Shown: positions 48,421 through 62,027 of the stretch, piece by piece
Numbering within the stretch: position 1 is the stretch's first letter
Layout of the letters: the number at the start of each line of letters is the position of its first letter
NCBI GenBank assembly: GCA_965649825.1
Contig: OZ287701.1
Location: 175,101 to 239,100, forward strand
Reading direction: 5' to 3'
Length of the DNA: 64,000 bases
DNA from: Penicillus capitatus
Taxonomy: Eukaryota > Plantae > Chlorophyta
The notes under the pieces: model-generated
Told to the model about the DNA's origin: nothing
Database searches by the model: none
The model's input: the letters and a program-made list of their open reading frames with translations, nothing else
Program-made: the position numbers and the translations under genes

Positions 48421-51400
48421 ATGTCGAATCTCTGCGAACAGCTGAAGCAACTGCGTCTCGAATCTGGACGTCTCTTTCCAAAAGGATACGTATTACTCGA
48501 AGGACTGTCGCCTTCCCTTCACAAACTCGCATACAAGTTCGCTGACGATCATCACGAAGTCCGTCGATGGACTGCCCGACGGGCGTCTCACCTGCGTCCT
48601 GTCTACAGTTAGTGGCCCGACTGGAACGCAAATTCCCGAAGCATCCTCGTGATATCAACTGGGACAAGGTACCGTAGCACGGAATGCAGGAGCACAGGTA
48701 GAGGGTGGTGCTGTTCTAGGCTGATAAGTATGCTGGCACGACGCTTGTACGTCACTGTCACGATATTGTCCACTCTCTCAAATCTGCTTACGCATTCTTT
48801 GAGGTACAGCAACGATTCGGCATCTATCTCGACGACGTGTGGCCTGGACCCATTCTTCTGTCTAGGACCTATCTATGTTTCATGCCCAAGCGTTGGAACT
48901 GCTCAACCGTATCCATCGTAGCTTAGGACCCATTTCGGTAAGGCCAGTCCGTGCGTGCGTTGCAGGAATGCGCTGTTGGCGTGGTGTAGTTGAAAGACGG
49001 TCCGAATGCCCTCGTTTCTGACTGGATGGCTCTCTTCTGTGACATCCTCTGTCTGCATCTTCTTGTACAGAGAACGCCAAAAGAGAAGATACTTCAAGTG
49101 AGATGCCGCCAGACGGAATGGATCACTGGACGTCGTGCACTGTGCTGCGTAGATATACTCGGCGGCATACTATGCCCAAAATCGACAGGATCCGCCGCAC
49201 TATGCAGATATCTGTACCCTGATGACGAGCATCTCGGATGCTCCGGTGCAACGTTTCCAGCAAGATATGTCACACTTTGACGGCCGAATAAAACAGGTGT
49301 GGACGGTTAGCGGTTAGCGGTTAGCGGTTAGCGGTTACGGACAGATGCTGTGCTCTAGATTCTGGAATCTATTGCCTGTCCGATTCTCTCACGCTTTGAT
49401 TCGACGTTGACGATCTGTCAATCGACACTCCTTTCGATGGATCACAGGAATAGGGATGCGTCGCTGTATCCTCTACTCGACGCCGAACTCGATATCCCGA
49501 AGTCCATGACGCTGAAGTACCTAATGGAGTACCAGAGCTTAGAGAACTGGGTGCTGTTTGGCGTCCTTGCCTGTCCTGGTAAACACACTGCCGTGACGCC
49601 AGCCGCCATCTCCGTCTGATGTGACAGGTGTATGTGAATCTGCTTTCCTCCGTTCCTGTCTAAGGAAAATTCTTGCAAAGTCCCATCACCTCCACGTTTA
49701 CCGAGATCTTCATGAACCCATACATGAGCTTTTTCGTGAAAATATCTATGCAAAACTGACGGAGCTCTATCAAGAAGAGAAAGCAAAGATTCTGAAGAAC
49801 TCCACGACATCCCACGACATCGATGCAGATTTTTCCCAGACGACGCAACTCGTCTCCACCTGTCACTCATGGAGGGACACGCGATCCGATATCTTAACAA
49901 CGAAAGGCTCTGTATCGATCAACAACAAGACCCACGCACGACGCAGTTTTACTTGGAATGGTCTCAAAGGCGACAAAGCTCCCTCGAGAACGTGCAAGAG
50001 CTTCGGCAGTATGCTGACCAGCTCGTTTTCTTTCTCCGAGCGATCCGTGGGTCAGTCCAGCGAAGATCCAGAAGAGGCGGCTGCCATGAAGACGATGCGA
50101 CGCCTCGATCATATCTCCTGTTCCTTCCCGGATGATATCAAGACGCGAAAGTGGAGAGCAAAGATGGAGATCCGTGAACTGATCACCGTCGCCGAGGAAG
50201 AATCCCACGCCACTGCCCAGCGACGTCATGCCGCAGGATGCTATGCCCTGTGCAACGTTCTGGATAATATCCTTGCGGCCGCGAAGGTATGTCTGCTTAG
50301 TAGAAGCGTCCCGTTCAGGGATGTCTGGGGTGTTAGGTGCGGCCTGATGTGACGGTCCATGCACTGGATGAGATTCTGACGGCGGTATCTCTGGGGCGAT
50401 TGGAGATCATGTGGGAGGTCGTTCGCTGTTCGCAACTGGCGATTCCGCACAAGAAGAAGGATGCATTTCATTTCAAAGAGAAACAACAGGATGGACAAAA
50501 GAACAAAAAATTGGAGACCAATGAGATCTCCCTCGTGGTCGGTTTCTTACTGGAACGAACGATTCACGTGCAATCGCTCTTGCTGAAGTACCGAACCGCA
50601 ATTTGTCACCACAAGATTCAGGCGCTTAAGGTGAGGGATCATCTGCTACGGTTATCGTTGTCCTTGACGTGGGGTTTGGATCGGATCAGAGGCAGTATCG
50701 TAGTGTTTCTGTCAGCATTCATCAGATTTTGCGTCGTCTGGAGAACCAAGTCGAAATCGGGATGCGATTGGTTGGACATTTTGAGGGGATGGAGATATGG
50801 ATGAAAGAATTGCGCTTCCCATCGCCTCTCAGCAACGACACCGAAGAGGAGGAGACACTGGCACGACCGTCTGTCACATCACGCCATCGAGCAGGAGAGG
50901 AATTCTGGATCTGGGATCGCCTGAGCGATTTCCGAGATGCATGGAAATGCGTGGAGTATACCCTCTCGGATGTCGAATCGCCACTCAACATCGGCACACT
51001 TCTGAATATGGGATGCGAGGACGTGCTCTTCGAGCTGAAGCAGGTGAAGCGACAGGCAAACGCTAACCGTCGGTCTAAAGTGGTGTTTTAGACAGCGTTG
51101 GATGTTTTGCAAGTGGGAAACTTTGTGGAGACCATATCGAATCTCTCATCGCTGAAAGATTTGGCTTTCTACGAGTCTCAGGTGATGGATCTCATTCTGC
51201 TCAATTTCAAAGAGACGGCCACGCCCGAGAGCTCTTTCGATGTCCTCTGTCTCCTCCATGTCTTTTCGCAGTTTCATAAAAACGACATCTGGGGAGATGA
51301 TCCCTTCAGAAAGAGCGCAGAGAACGAATTCGTTGAGTAAGGCCGCCGCCACCGCCGCCACCGCAAACGGATCGCTCAAAATGATCATCTGTGGTGTTCA

Positions 51401-53314
51401 GGACGGCAGAGCGATGCGGCGTGTTGTTGATCGTCAGGTTGGAAGATTTCATCAGAGATCTCTTTATGAAAAGCACCATGCCCAGCGGTCCAGGTATCCG
51501 TCTGACCCACATTTCTTTCCCCGACGGAGCGTTGTGCACCGACAGGCAATCAGCCTCCAAAGACGGCGCAGCTCTTTGAGTTGCTCGTCTACTGGTTTTC
51601 AACGATCGGCAAATTCGGTACCGTCGAAGTGATACCTAGCTTCATTTTCAACGCCGCAGATTTCTTGAATAGCACGGTCGTCAGTATCTTAAGGGACCTT
51701 ATGCTCGAACACGGTCTCCGAGGTCACTCACTCCTTTCGCTATCTTCCTAACCGTTCACTTATGCCCTCTGCAGAGGATGGCATACATGGATTTCGCCTG
51801 ATGAAGAAGACGTATATGGATCTTCTCTGTTTTCTTGCAGAGCTGCAGAGCGTCGTCGACTTTCAGATCATGCCATCGGTCCACAGCGCCATTTTTGGCC
51901 TCGTCAAACCTGACGTCCATAACGTTTCTGGATCGCACCATCCCTTCCTGGACTCTTTGGCATCGGACGGCGAAGTGACGCCCTACTCGCGAGACGCCGT
52001 CATCTTCAACGAGCAATGCCTCGTCACACTTTTGGCGGATGCCATATCGACCAACATCATCCGCGATCCACGAAACATGGGGATCATTTACGATCCTCGA
52101 AAGAAACGTTTTATTAAGAGAGAAGCAGACGCTCGTCCAGGTCGCTCTCGATCATCGAAGACCATACCGATGCGAGATCTGTTTGTAGAGAAGTGGGTGG
52201 ATGTTGGATGCTCCGTCGTCGATCTGCGTTGTCTGCTCTCCGTTTTCGGAATCGTGGGTGTGCAACAATTAGAGATCCAATTTCGTTCGCTCATCTTTCA
52301 GAGCATCGGCAAACTCGATGCCTATCTCAAAGAGCACTCCGAAATGCTCAAGAACATGACGCTGTGCGTAAGGCCTCTCCTCAACGCGGTATCATTTGTG
52401 TGACGTGTAGAGCTTTCTCTTCGGAAAAGGAACTCATCGATAGTCCAGCGCTGCATCATCTGGCTAGCCAGCTCAGGAACCTCCCGGCACTGGGCGACAT
52501 CACCTTGCAGTTTTCGCGTTCTGTTATCACCCGGCAACTTCTTTCCGACGCCTACGCGTTACAGATCGAAAACTCTGGCGGCGCGGAATGCATGACGGCG
52601 CTGCAGCTCAGTCTGCCGCAGCCGACGGAATATTTCCACGACCTGCCGCCGTCGCCAGAGCCCATCATGGTCGAGATCTTCCACGGTAACGGTCCTCAGC
52701 CAGGCCGCCGCCATCACGCGTGTCTCTGCAGATCTCTTCGAATCTAAGCAGCTCGATTGTTGGATGTACATTCCGGCGCTCTTTGCGTGTTTGGCCCACG
52801 ATATGATTCCAAACGTCAAGAGCTTTAACGCAGAGAGCGGCTTCTTTGCGAATGGTCTTCATCAGATCGTCTACACCTTACACTCCGTCGCCCTCGCTTT
52901 GGAAACGGTCTACCAAAACACGTCTCTCTCTTCACTCAACACAAGACCCACACACCTGACGGTGCATCCATCTGTCTGTAGGGATGAGGATGAGCGTGAG
53001 GCGGCCGATTGTCCAACAAGCGAAAGCTTTACGCTTCTCTTTGCCAAATGCCTCGCGATGTTCACTTTCCATTCGAAAGAAAAACTGGATGCCATTTCCA
53101 ACACGTAAGCCCCCGTCCATCGACGCCTTCCACGTCGATCACTCTATTTCGCAGTTGTTTGCTGCTGCATTCGGTCTGCGGAGGGAGCTTATCGATCGAT
53201 CAGCTGGAAGAGATCGGATTGACGCCCACTCGTGTGAAATCGGCACAGATCAGTGCCCAAAAACGCCATGCTGGCAAGTTGGATGCAGCACCTTCGCCGT
53301 TGACGTCTCAATAA
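48421..53314 (+). CDS. NAP1: Nck-associated protein 1 / NAP1 (SCAR/WAVE regulatory complex subunit), multi-exon
   Basis: Long all-helical protein with Nap1-like segments (LKYLMEYQSLENWVLFGVLACP; LLRMGCEDV-type and CVDLRCLLSVFGIVGVQQL regions; SFNAESGFFANGLHQI). Confidence 0.75.
49304..49337 (+). repeat. Heptamer tandem repeat (CGGTTAG)x~5 inside a NAP1 intron
   Basis: cggttag cggttag cggttag cggttag cggtta, read directly. It lies in intron 49269-~49358. Confidence 0.95.
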
Positions 53315-54284
53315 ACAAAGCGTTTTGTCGTCCAACGGAAATAACGCGCGCCCTCGATCGTCCTGCGCCTCCGAAACGTGCGTCTGTGGATCGCTTCGCT
53401 GATGGGACAGACGCGTCCTCTGCAAACGGACGGACGGACAGACGGACGGACCCGTGGGTCACGTCATCTTCATCGTTCTCACCATCGGCAGTACAACGCC
53501 TTCGTGGTCGGACGACGGATATGCTGTACAACCCATTTCCTCTTTTATTAGCGTCGCGCATCGATCCTGCACGTGAGGCGCTGAGGTGAAATTTGCGTCA
53601 GCAGGTTCATTTTACCTGTCACGGACAGACTTGACGTGGATAGCGACAGCCGAACGGTGAGCTTGACTGAACGGATTTTACCTTCTCTCCTGTCTCTCTT
53701 CTCCGACGTCGTACGTCCTCCGTGTCTGCGATGTTACGACCCATAACGTTTTTCGCTTCGACCTTCTCGTTTCTTCGGTGACCTTCACCACGAATTCCGC
53801 CGACGCGGTGCACGTGGCTGGTGCCTCAGTGCGACGTGTTAGAGATTTCGCCGTGACTTCGGCACGGACCACTCGGATTTTCATTTCTTTTTCATGGCGT
53901 CCTTCTCTTTGCACCCCTTCGACTGGCTTCCCTCTGGAATCATGTCGAGCTGTTTTCACTTCAAAATCGACCCCAGTCTCGCACTTGTGTCATCCACGGC
54001 ACGTTTTGGCTGTTCTTAAGCAGTACACCTGAGGTAACGCCCCGTCTCGCTTCGTGGTGCCGTCTGTGTTTACGTATTGGAGAGAGTGGTCGTGGAGTCA
54101 CGTACATCTGTTCGCGTAAAGCGTCGTCATAAAGAGTCATTTGTCGTTTTGTCGTTCGCCCCCGTATCGTTGCTTGCGCCCTTGCGTTTAACCGTTCGTC
54201 TTTCTGAAACGTTTTGTGGTGGCAGACGTGCTGTCAGGGTCCGCGAAGTGACGTGTTTTGCAGGTACGTACGTCTTGGAGAATC

Positions 54285-55643
54285 ATGGACGACGACAAAG
54301 ACACGCGTATGACGTCGCCAATGAACGTCGATGCGACTCAAGCGCCGTCGGGACTTGACCCTTCGCCACGTCCGACGGATGATCCAACACACAGCGAAGG
54401 TGACGTCAAACTCGCACCAGAAGTGATGGCCGAGACACGGGCCAACCCAATGGCTGTCGAAAAAATGGAACAAGGGACGAGTCTGGCGGCGGAGCTGAGA
54501 CAGCTCGAGCCGACTGCGATGACAGGTTGGTCGCCACTTCTGCCACTTCACACGCAAAGTGGCGGTGGTTCTCTGTCAAACAGGATTTCCATTTTCGACT
54601 TCAACGACCGTAGATGGTGGCGGTGCTTCTGGTGGTGTGCCCTCTGCCGACGCCCCTCCACTGGATCCGCCAACGCAGGTCGCTGGCTCTTCCATTTCCA
54701 TTTCCCAAGGAGCTCCCCTACCACCTTATGTCGCTCGACTCATGGAATACGAAAAACTCAAACAAAACCCGTAACGTTGCTCCAAAGTGTGAGAAAAGAG
54801 TGAGATGTCTTTGCAGGCAATTTGATGTGGTTAAAGAAGCGATCAAGATGCATTGTTTCAATGATGAGTGGGCTTTCAGCGAGAGTTACTCAACGGTTCC
54901 GACAGAAGAAGACATTCAGGCGTTCTTGGCAGGCGTCAATGCACCCCCTGCGCTGCACTGGGACGAGAGACAGGCACTGCGTGTTGTCATGGAGAACATG
55001 GAAAAGTGGTGGCACGAAAGCTACGAGACATTGCAGAGTATCAATGATGAAAGCACACAGTTGGTGGGATTTGGGATTTCGCGTGTTCCACCGACACCTC
55101 TGCCCGTCCGTCTGCAACACAATATGAAACTGATGGTCCTCGCCATCGAGAATCTGCTGAAGAGACCTGAAGCGCCGCCGGTCATCAGAGAGGCACCGGT
55201 GCACGATCCCAACAGTGAAGATTACTGGAAAGCCGTTGGTCGACAGTACGAGAGTGAGCAGCGCCCCTCTCCTTCAAACCAAAAGAGTGAGAAATCTCTG
55301 TCTGTAGATAACCCTCGTCAAGTGCTTCAGGAATGGATGCTGCAGCATTTTGATAAGCCATATCCATCAGGAGAAGATAAGAAGTTATTGGCCGATATCA
55401 CTGGCATGTCGCATGTACAAGTGAGATGATCCAATAGAGCGATCGAGGATCAGACTGAAAGAGTGAGATGTGTGTGACCAGGTATCTAACTGGTTCATTA
55501 ACTGTCGTGTTCGAACGTGGAGGCCGATGGTCGAGCAACTAGCCAAAGAGATAGAACAGGATACCGCTCAACGTCCAAGACATTCGCAGCATTCTGGCAA
55601 GTTTCCCCTGTTTCCACCCAGTGGTCAACCAGGTCTTCCATAA
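54285..55643 (+). CDS. TALE-class homeodomain transcription factor, BELL-like
   Basis: [37 protein letters not shown]|[18 protein letters not shown] contains the PYP loop and WFIN, and its helix 3 and tail resemble the BELL-class WFINARVRLWKPMVE. Confidence 0.9.
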
Positions 55644-56325
55644 CGGCGCGTTTGATTGATCAATCAATCCATTTAATACCATGCATGCATCGTTCTGATA
55701 CACTGTACTCTGTTTCGTCTGATGCTTATTATGAAAGAGAAAGCGTGAAATGTGAAAAGTGACGACGACGGACCTTGTTCTGTGGCTCTGCTTCGATTTC
55801 TGGATTCCATCTTTTCTTATCTTTCGTCGATCGGGACGGTGGTGCATCATCCATCCGCATCCCAACTCTCATCAGCAAAACGTGGGCGGAAGTCTCTCCC
55901 TCTTTGTCAATTCCAGCAAAGCACCAGATCCGCACAACGGAAGGCCATTCATTACATATCTTTGATACATCATATAGTCCATGCATGACGTTTGCCTTTT
56001 GGCGGCGGAGGAACTCATACGAATTTCATGATTGTCACATATGTGCCAGATGTGTATATTGATTGAGGGCATTGTTTTGATCTTTTTGCCTTGTACATGC
56101 CGCGTCATCAGGGTGTGGGTGGTGGGCGGTCTCACTGTTGCTGTCGATCATAGGCATCAAGCACATGCGCATCTCAAGAGAAACAAACGGCCGTTCGTTG
56201 AGCGACAGACGTCATTGAATAGAATGGAGGAAGATGCTGTGGTGGTGGTCGTGCTGGTGGTGATCGGGGTGTAAGCCATCGAACTGGGAATAACCTGTTT
56301 TCGCTTAACACCGTTGTTCAAGTTC

Positions 56326-58111
56326 TTAACCCTCCTGTCCAAAGATGCGCACATTATGATCGACAGAGCCAACAGCCATCTTTAACGCACAGCCACTGAA
56401 CGCCACACAACGAACAGCGCCAGGAAACTCAGTGAATTGAGTGACGGGGGCGTAATCGTGCTCGGCATCGTAGAGGCGCACGTCCGACCCGCCAGCCGCC
56501 AGATATCGACCCGAACCATCATACTGAACACAACACAACGCCGCCCCATCATACGGTTTCAGCGCCCTAGATGCAGATGGGTGAGACTGGCAGAGGTATG
56601 GATGACAGGTATCATCCCACTTGAAGGACGCCATTGTACGCAAGTCCCAGAGTTTGATCGTCTCGGCTGTGGTCGAAGCCATGTGATAGCCGTTCTCGTG
56701 AAAAGCGAGCTTCTTAATGGCGTCTTCTTCGGCGAAGGATTTCACGATCTTCTGCTGGACGATGTCCCAGAGATGCAGATCTCCTGTTTCCGTTCCGCAG
56801 CCGGCGATGCGTCCGTCTGGCTGGAAGAGAGCGCAGGTGTAGGCGCTGTCCACCACCGGAGCTTCCAATCGCTCCAAACAACGTCCCTGTTCCAAATCGA
56901 TGCATCCAAGAGTGGCATCACGGGACGCCGAGAGGACGATGCGTCCGTTCTGAGCACAGGTGACGGCCACCACCTCTTCCTGATGGTCCTTAAGCGTGAG
57001 ACCGCATTTCATATCCCAGTTGTCATCCCCACGCATCCACACGCGGACGGACTTGTCGGCAGAGCACGAGACGAGAAGGGCGTCGCCAATCCACTCGATA
57101 CCGTTCACTCTTTTGAAATGCTCTTCGATGGACGACACAATACGACTGGAGCTCTGGTCAAAGATCTTGATGGTGCAATCCTCGCTGGCCGACGCGAGCA
57201 CCTCACTGAAGGACGGATGATAGATAACGCTCAAAATGCCACCCTATCTCACACTGTTCCAAAAAGTGTGAGATGAGAGGATGGGAACTTGTTTCGTAGC
57301 GTGGAGCGGTTGGCTCGTGAGTAAACGGTATTCTTGCAGGGCTTCGGGAGAGGCAACATCCTCCGCAACGACAAACGCTTCTCGTTCTTTAGCCGATTCC
57401 GTAGCGGCTGTCTCGATAAACTCACAGATCTCTTTCGTGATCCCCATATGCAGCTACGTCACACTTTTTTGTACCGACTTGTCCCATTCAAAAGAGTGAG
57501 ACTTTCTTGACTGGCTGATCCTCTTCCATTTCGTCTTCATCTCGTTGTCCCCTTTTGGAAGACTGAAGCTGCTTCAGCGTCTCCTTTGCGGCATCTCGTT
57601 CCCGAATGAGACGCGCGATCACGCGACAGGCGGCATCGTGTTGATATAGGGCATGACTGAGCTCTTGACGCGCCGTCGTTAGACTCTGCCGCAAAGAGAA
57701 ACATTCCAACATCAATCCATCCCACTCCTGTACAGCACACGTCACATCAGCACCCTATGCCTTCTGCATCGCCAGACGTCATGAAAAATGCTCAGCAGTC
57801 CTGGAATACTATTTGCTGCAGCAGAACGAGGCTTGGCCGTCTAGGAAGAGGCATCGTTGCCACGAGAGAGGTCCGAATGCTTATCAACTTTGTCTATCTT
57901 GATGTCCATAAGATCTTCGGTCGTCAATGGCTCTTTGGTGATAGGACAGACACCATGCTCTTCGATTTCGTGCAAGATCAGGCGTTTCTCAAACAACAAG
58001 CCGCTCTTCGCCGAGACGACGGGCGTGTCGGGCACATGACCCGAAACTATACAATCCACCGTCACGACACCTTGCTTCACGCCAGCGTCTTTCCTTACTC
58101 GCACACAGCAT
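56326..58111 (-). CDS. PRP19: Pre-mRNA processing factor 19 (U-box, coiled coil, WD40)
   Basis: MLCA|[24 protein letters not shown] (U-box), [39 protein letters not shown] (Prp19 coiled coil), then WD40 repeats. Confidence 0.97.
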
Positions 58112-58193
58112 CGACGGCGCGATGTCTCTGAGTGATGTGACGTTCAAGGGAGGGGTGGGAGTGTTCGTTCCTATCCATCTACTACTGATCTCG
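58112..58193. promoter_or_regulatory. 82-bp bidirectional promoter/5'UTR region between PRP19 and trpB, containing TGATGTGACG
   Basis: Head-to-head start codons at 58111 (-) and 58194 (+); motif at ~58133-58142. Confidence 0.6.
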
Positions 58194-60005
58194 ATGCTTC
58201 GTTTTCATCCCATTCGTCTACGATCGTTCGCTCCTACGAAAGCGAGGCGTCCCGTCCGTCGCTCGATCGGCGTTGAGCGTCGGATCATGAGTTCGGCGAC
58301 GGATGTGGCTGAAGTGAAGCGACCAGATAGAGAAGGGCGTTTCGGTCGCTTCGGCGGACAGTACGTTCCGGAAACGCTCGTTCAGAATCTCAGTCAACTC
58401 GAAACGGAATACCACGCAGCACGAGATGACCCTTCATTCCAAGCAAGCGTTGGCGGCGCAGTGGGATTCGGCTGATAGAGTGCAATGGCAGGCACAACTC
58501 GGAGAAGTGCTCCGTGATTATGTCGGACGTCCTTCTCCGCTGTACTTTGCACCCCAACTGTCGAAGCATCACAAGAGGTGCCGCCGAGATCACCTGGAAA
58601 ACGATCATGGTATTGACGGCAGGGACATCTATTTGAAGCGGGAAGATTTGAATCACACGGGAGCACACAAGATCAATAACAGCCTAGGACAGGCGTCTTG
58701 CATAGGCTGATGTGACAGGTCACTCAAATGGAATGATGATTTAGGTGCTGCTATGTCTGCGCATGGGCAAGGAGCGTATTATTGCTGAGACAGGGGCCGG
58801 ACAGCATGGATGTGCTACAGTATGCAAAAATCCATCTCATTCTTTCTCACTCTTTTATCAGGCTGCTGCCTGTGCAAAGTACGGTCTCGAGTGCCATGTC
58901 TATATGGGATCCAAGGTGATGGAGAGAGATATTTCAGTGTCGACAAAGAGTGAGAAGCGTGTCTGATGTGACAGGATATAGAACGCCAGAAACTCAATGT
59001 CTTCCGAATGCAGCTCTGTGGTGCAGAGGTCATTCCTGTCGATGCAGGAACAGCGACGCTCAAAGATGCGACATCCGAGGCAATTCGTGACTGGATTACG
59101 AACGTCGAGACGACACACTACTGCATCGGAAGCGTCTGTGGACCTCATCCCTTTCCCGAGATGGTCGAACCTGATCGTGATGTGACAGCTGCTGATGACG
59201 TTGCCTGACAGGTGCGAGATTTTCAGTCCATCATTGGCAAGGAGACACGAAAACAGCTGCAAGAAAAGATTGGCAGAGGACCAGATGTGCTGGTCGCTTG
59301 TGTTGGCGGAGGATCGAACGCGATGGGACTGTTTCATGAATTTGTGAACGATGCTGATGTGCGTCTGGTCGGCGTCGAAGCCGCAGGAAAAGGCGTCGAC
59401 AGCGGCCTTCACGCAGCCACTCTCACTCGAGTGCTATCCACATCCACAAATCACAGGTGCAAGCTTGGTCATAGGGGACGCCAGGTGTGTTGCATGGATC
59501 GTTCAGTATGTTGCTCCAAGATGAAGAGGGACAGATCATCGATCCTTTCTCTATCAGCGCAGGGTGCGTTTCTCTTAAGGTGTGGTGTGGATGGAGTGTG
59601 AGATAGGGATGATGCAGGTTGGATTATAGTGGTGTCGGGCCAGAGCATAGTTTTCTGCTCGAAGCTGGCAGAGCGGAGTACGCAGCGGTGACAGACGAAG
59701 AGGCGTTGCGAGCCTTTGAACAACTTTCGCGCCTCGAAGGCATTATTCCGGCACTGGAGACATCGCATGCCTTGGCTTATTTGGAAGTAAGGAGAAGAGA
59801 GTCCTCAGCTGTCACATCACATGACATCGCATCTTGTGCAGAAACTCTGTCCGACCTTGCCAGAAGATAGCGTCATCGTTGTTAACTGCAGCGGCAGAGG
59901 TGTGCAGCTCCAATGCCAAAATCTTTCTTATGACTCAGATGGTGAACTGCAGGAGACAAGGATGTCAACACAGCGATGAAGCATTTTGACTACGGTGAAA
60001 TTTAG
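58194..60005 (+). CDS. trpB: Tryptophan synthase beta chain with N-terminal plastid transit peptide
   Basis: [31 protein letters not shown] (PLP Lys), [43 protein letters not shown] and NCSGRG|DKD. Arg/Ser-rich leader. Confidence 0.97.
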
Positions 60006-60689
60006 ACATGCACGGAAAGAGGTAGATAGATTTATTCTCGGACTGGACTTGTTGGAAAATTACAAAGAATGGCAAGGCGAAATTCGTAATGTGTAAGGCT
60101 ATGTGTTGAAAATGGGTGTGATAAGGAGTCCTGCAGTTAGCCTTGCAGTTTGCTAACAGTCAGTGTCAACAATTCGAACAGTCGCGCACCGAGTGAGACG
60201 TGACCTTCATTCAAAGAGCCGACCAGACGAAAGGGTGTACAGGTATCCTTACAGAAGTTCAAAACAGGAGACACGCAACAGACGCGCCGAGAAACGATCT
60301 GCTTTCCGTGAGAGATTCTCAATGAACATTCACCATCGGAGGGCATCTTCCGATGCCTTCGAAAGGTAGCCGTCCTGAACGCCAGTCTAAAACGATGCAA
60401 GTGCCCAATGCTCGATTTCCGCAAACCGACAAGCGACAGAGCAGCCCCTGGGACAGTCGAGGCGCTCTTCCGCCGACTGACCCACGACATGATGCATGAC
60501 GACCGACGATTCTCCACGACGCGGCCTCTTCCATGCAGGGAGAAGTTCGTTGTGTGTTCGTTTCCACCAAATGTCTAACCGTCTGGCCAATCAGGTGCAT
60601 TGCGCCCCACGAGACGCATATCTCATCCACCCTTTCGCTCGCCGCTCCCTTATTCGTCTTCCATCGTCGTCTCCTTTACTCGTTATTCG

Positions 60690-61440
60690 ATGCCCATGAG
60701 GTCTTCCGTCATCGCCATCTTCTGGACATCCGTTGTCTTCGTCCCCTTCGCTGCGGGGCAATTCTGCACACACGAACAAATACGACTGAAAACGAGCAAA
60801 AGCGAAGAGCACTGCAGGCGGCACTGCTTCAAGTGTAAAACACTGTTGTCGATTCAACGATTCCGCTCACTATAAGTATCTTTCTCACACAGATTCCGAC
60901 GGCAACTTGGCATCGTGCTTCAGTTATGCCTACGATATAAGCAAGAAGACATGTACCGGCTACGTTTTTCGGTTCTTCGAGGATGAGAACGACCGGCTGT
61001 GTGGTGCAAATCTCGGAGGCGATCTTTCCGTGGCCAACACGACCAAAAGCAGAAACAAATCTGCCAGGGAAGCGCCAGGCGATTCCTCTCTTGAGGACGA
61101 CGACGATGTGGATACCTACTTCATCAATGATTACGATATCGGCGACGATGGGCACGACGATGATGTCGAAGAAACGAAGCGCCGTTCGGGATGTGTCTTG
61201 GTCGTGCGTGCACTCGGTGTTGTCGTCTCTACGAGGAAATGCAAAGAGAGATGTGCTGAGTGTAAGCGATATCACACTTTCAATTTCATGTGATCACACT
61301 TTGGAATGATGATCACAGTGGAAAGCAAACGATACGGTGGCTGTGCAGCATGGTTCTTTGATCCAAGTGAAGAAGAGTGTACCGGATTGCTGTCGCGCCG
61401 ATCCAAGGGCAACACTGTATGCGGTTCTATCTATAAGTAG
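60690..61440 (+). CDS. Small secreted Cys-rich protein with two PAN/Apple-like repeats and an acidic linker (copy 1)
   Basis: Signal peptide; HCRRHCFK|YSDGNLASCFSYAYDISKKTCTGY; Asp-rich linker; KCKERCAE...GGCAAWFFDPSEEECTGLL*. The PAN assignment rests on Cys spacing only. Confidence 0.6.
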
Positions 61441-62027
61441 TTTTCCTTTTTAGCATAACACGATACAAGAGTGTGCGTTACTTTCGATTCGTGAAGCTTT
61501 TTTGCACACTGGGAAAGGCTCATTCACGTCTGTTGATTTGACGGGACGGATTGCTCTCCGTCCCGGCAGTACTAAACACCACCTACGTTCATGGAACCTT
61601 GTAATGATGCGAGAATGGAAAAGCACAATGCAAGAGGATCGCATCTGCGTCATTTTACGGCGGCGCATGTTCGCGATAGCATCTGAAAAGGGACAAACCC
61701 TACAGAGATATGAGTTGTCAAGAAGGACAGTCTATTAGAGAGCGTTTAACTTTGACGCACGTGTTCGCATCATTCCGTTACGGCGCTTCGACGAAATATG
61801 ACGTATTCTGACGTAAACACATGTCATGCCATTTTCTTGCAATGAGATTCCGCGCGGTACGCAGTCTTTTCTCCGTGAAGATTTGCAGAAATGATTCGCT
61901 GCGCATCACCTGCGCCGTGATTCGGCTACGATAAAAGACGCACCGTGTCGACCGGATGTCGACCGTGAACGCGTTTTCCTCCGCGACGTTGCCGTTATCG
62001 ATTGACTTGTCGATTGTCGAGAATACC

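Noticed and set aside
54285-55643. Direct claim that the BELL protein binds the recurrent TGATGTGACAG motif
   Set aside because: TGAC(AG) matches the generic TALE core, but proximity within one window is no evidence. It is kept only as a test in the promoter finding.
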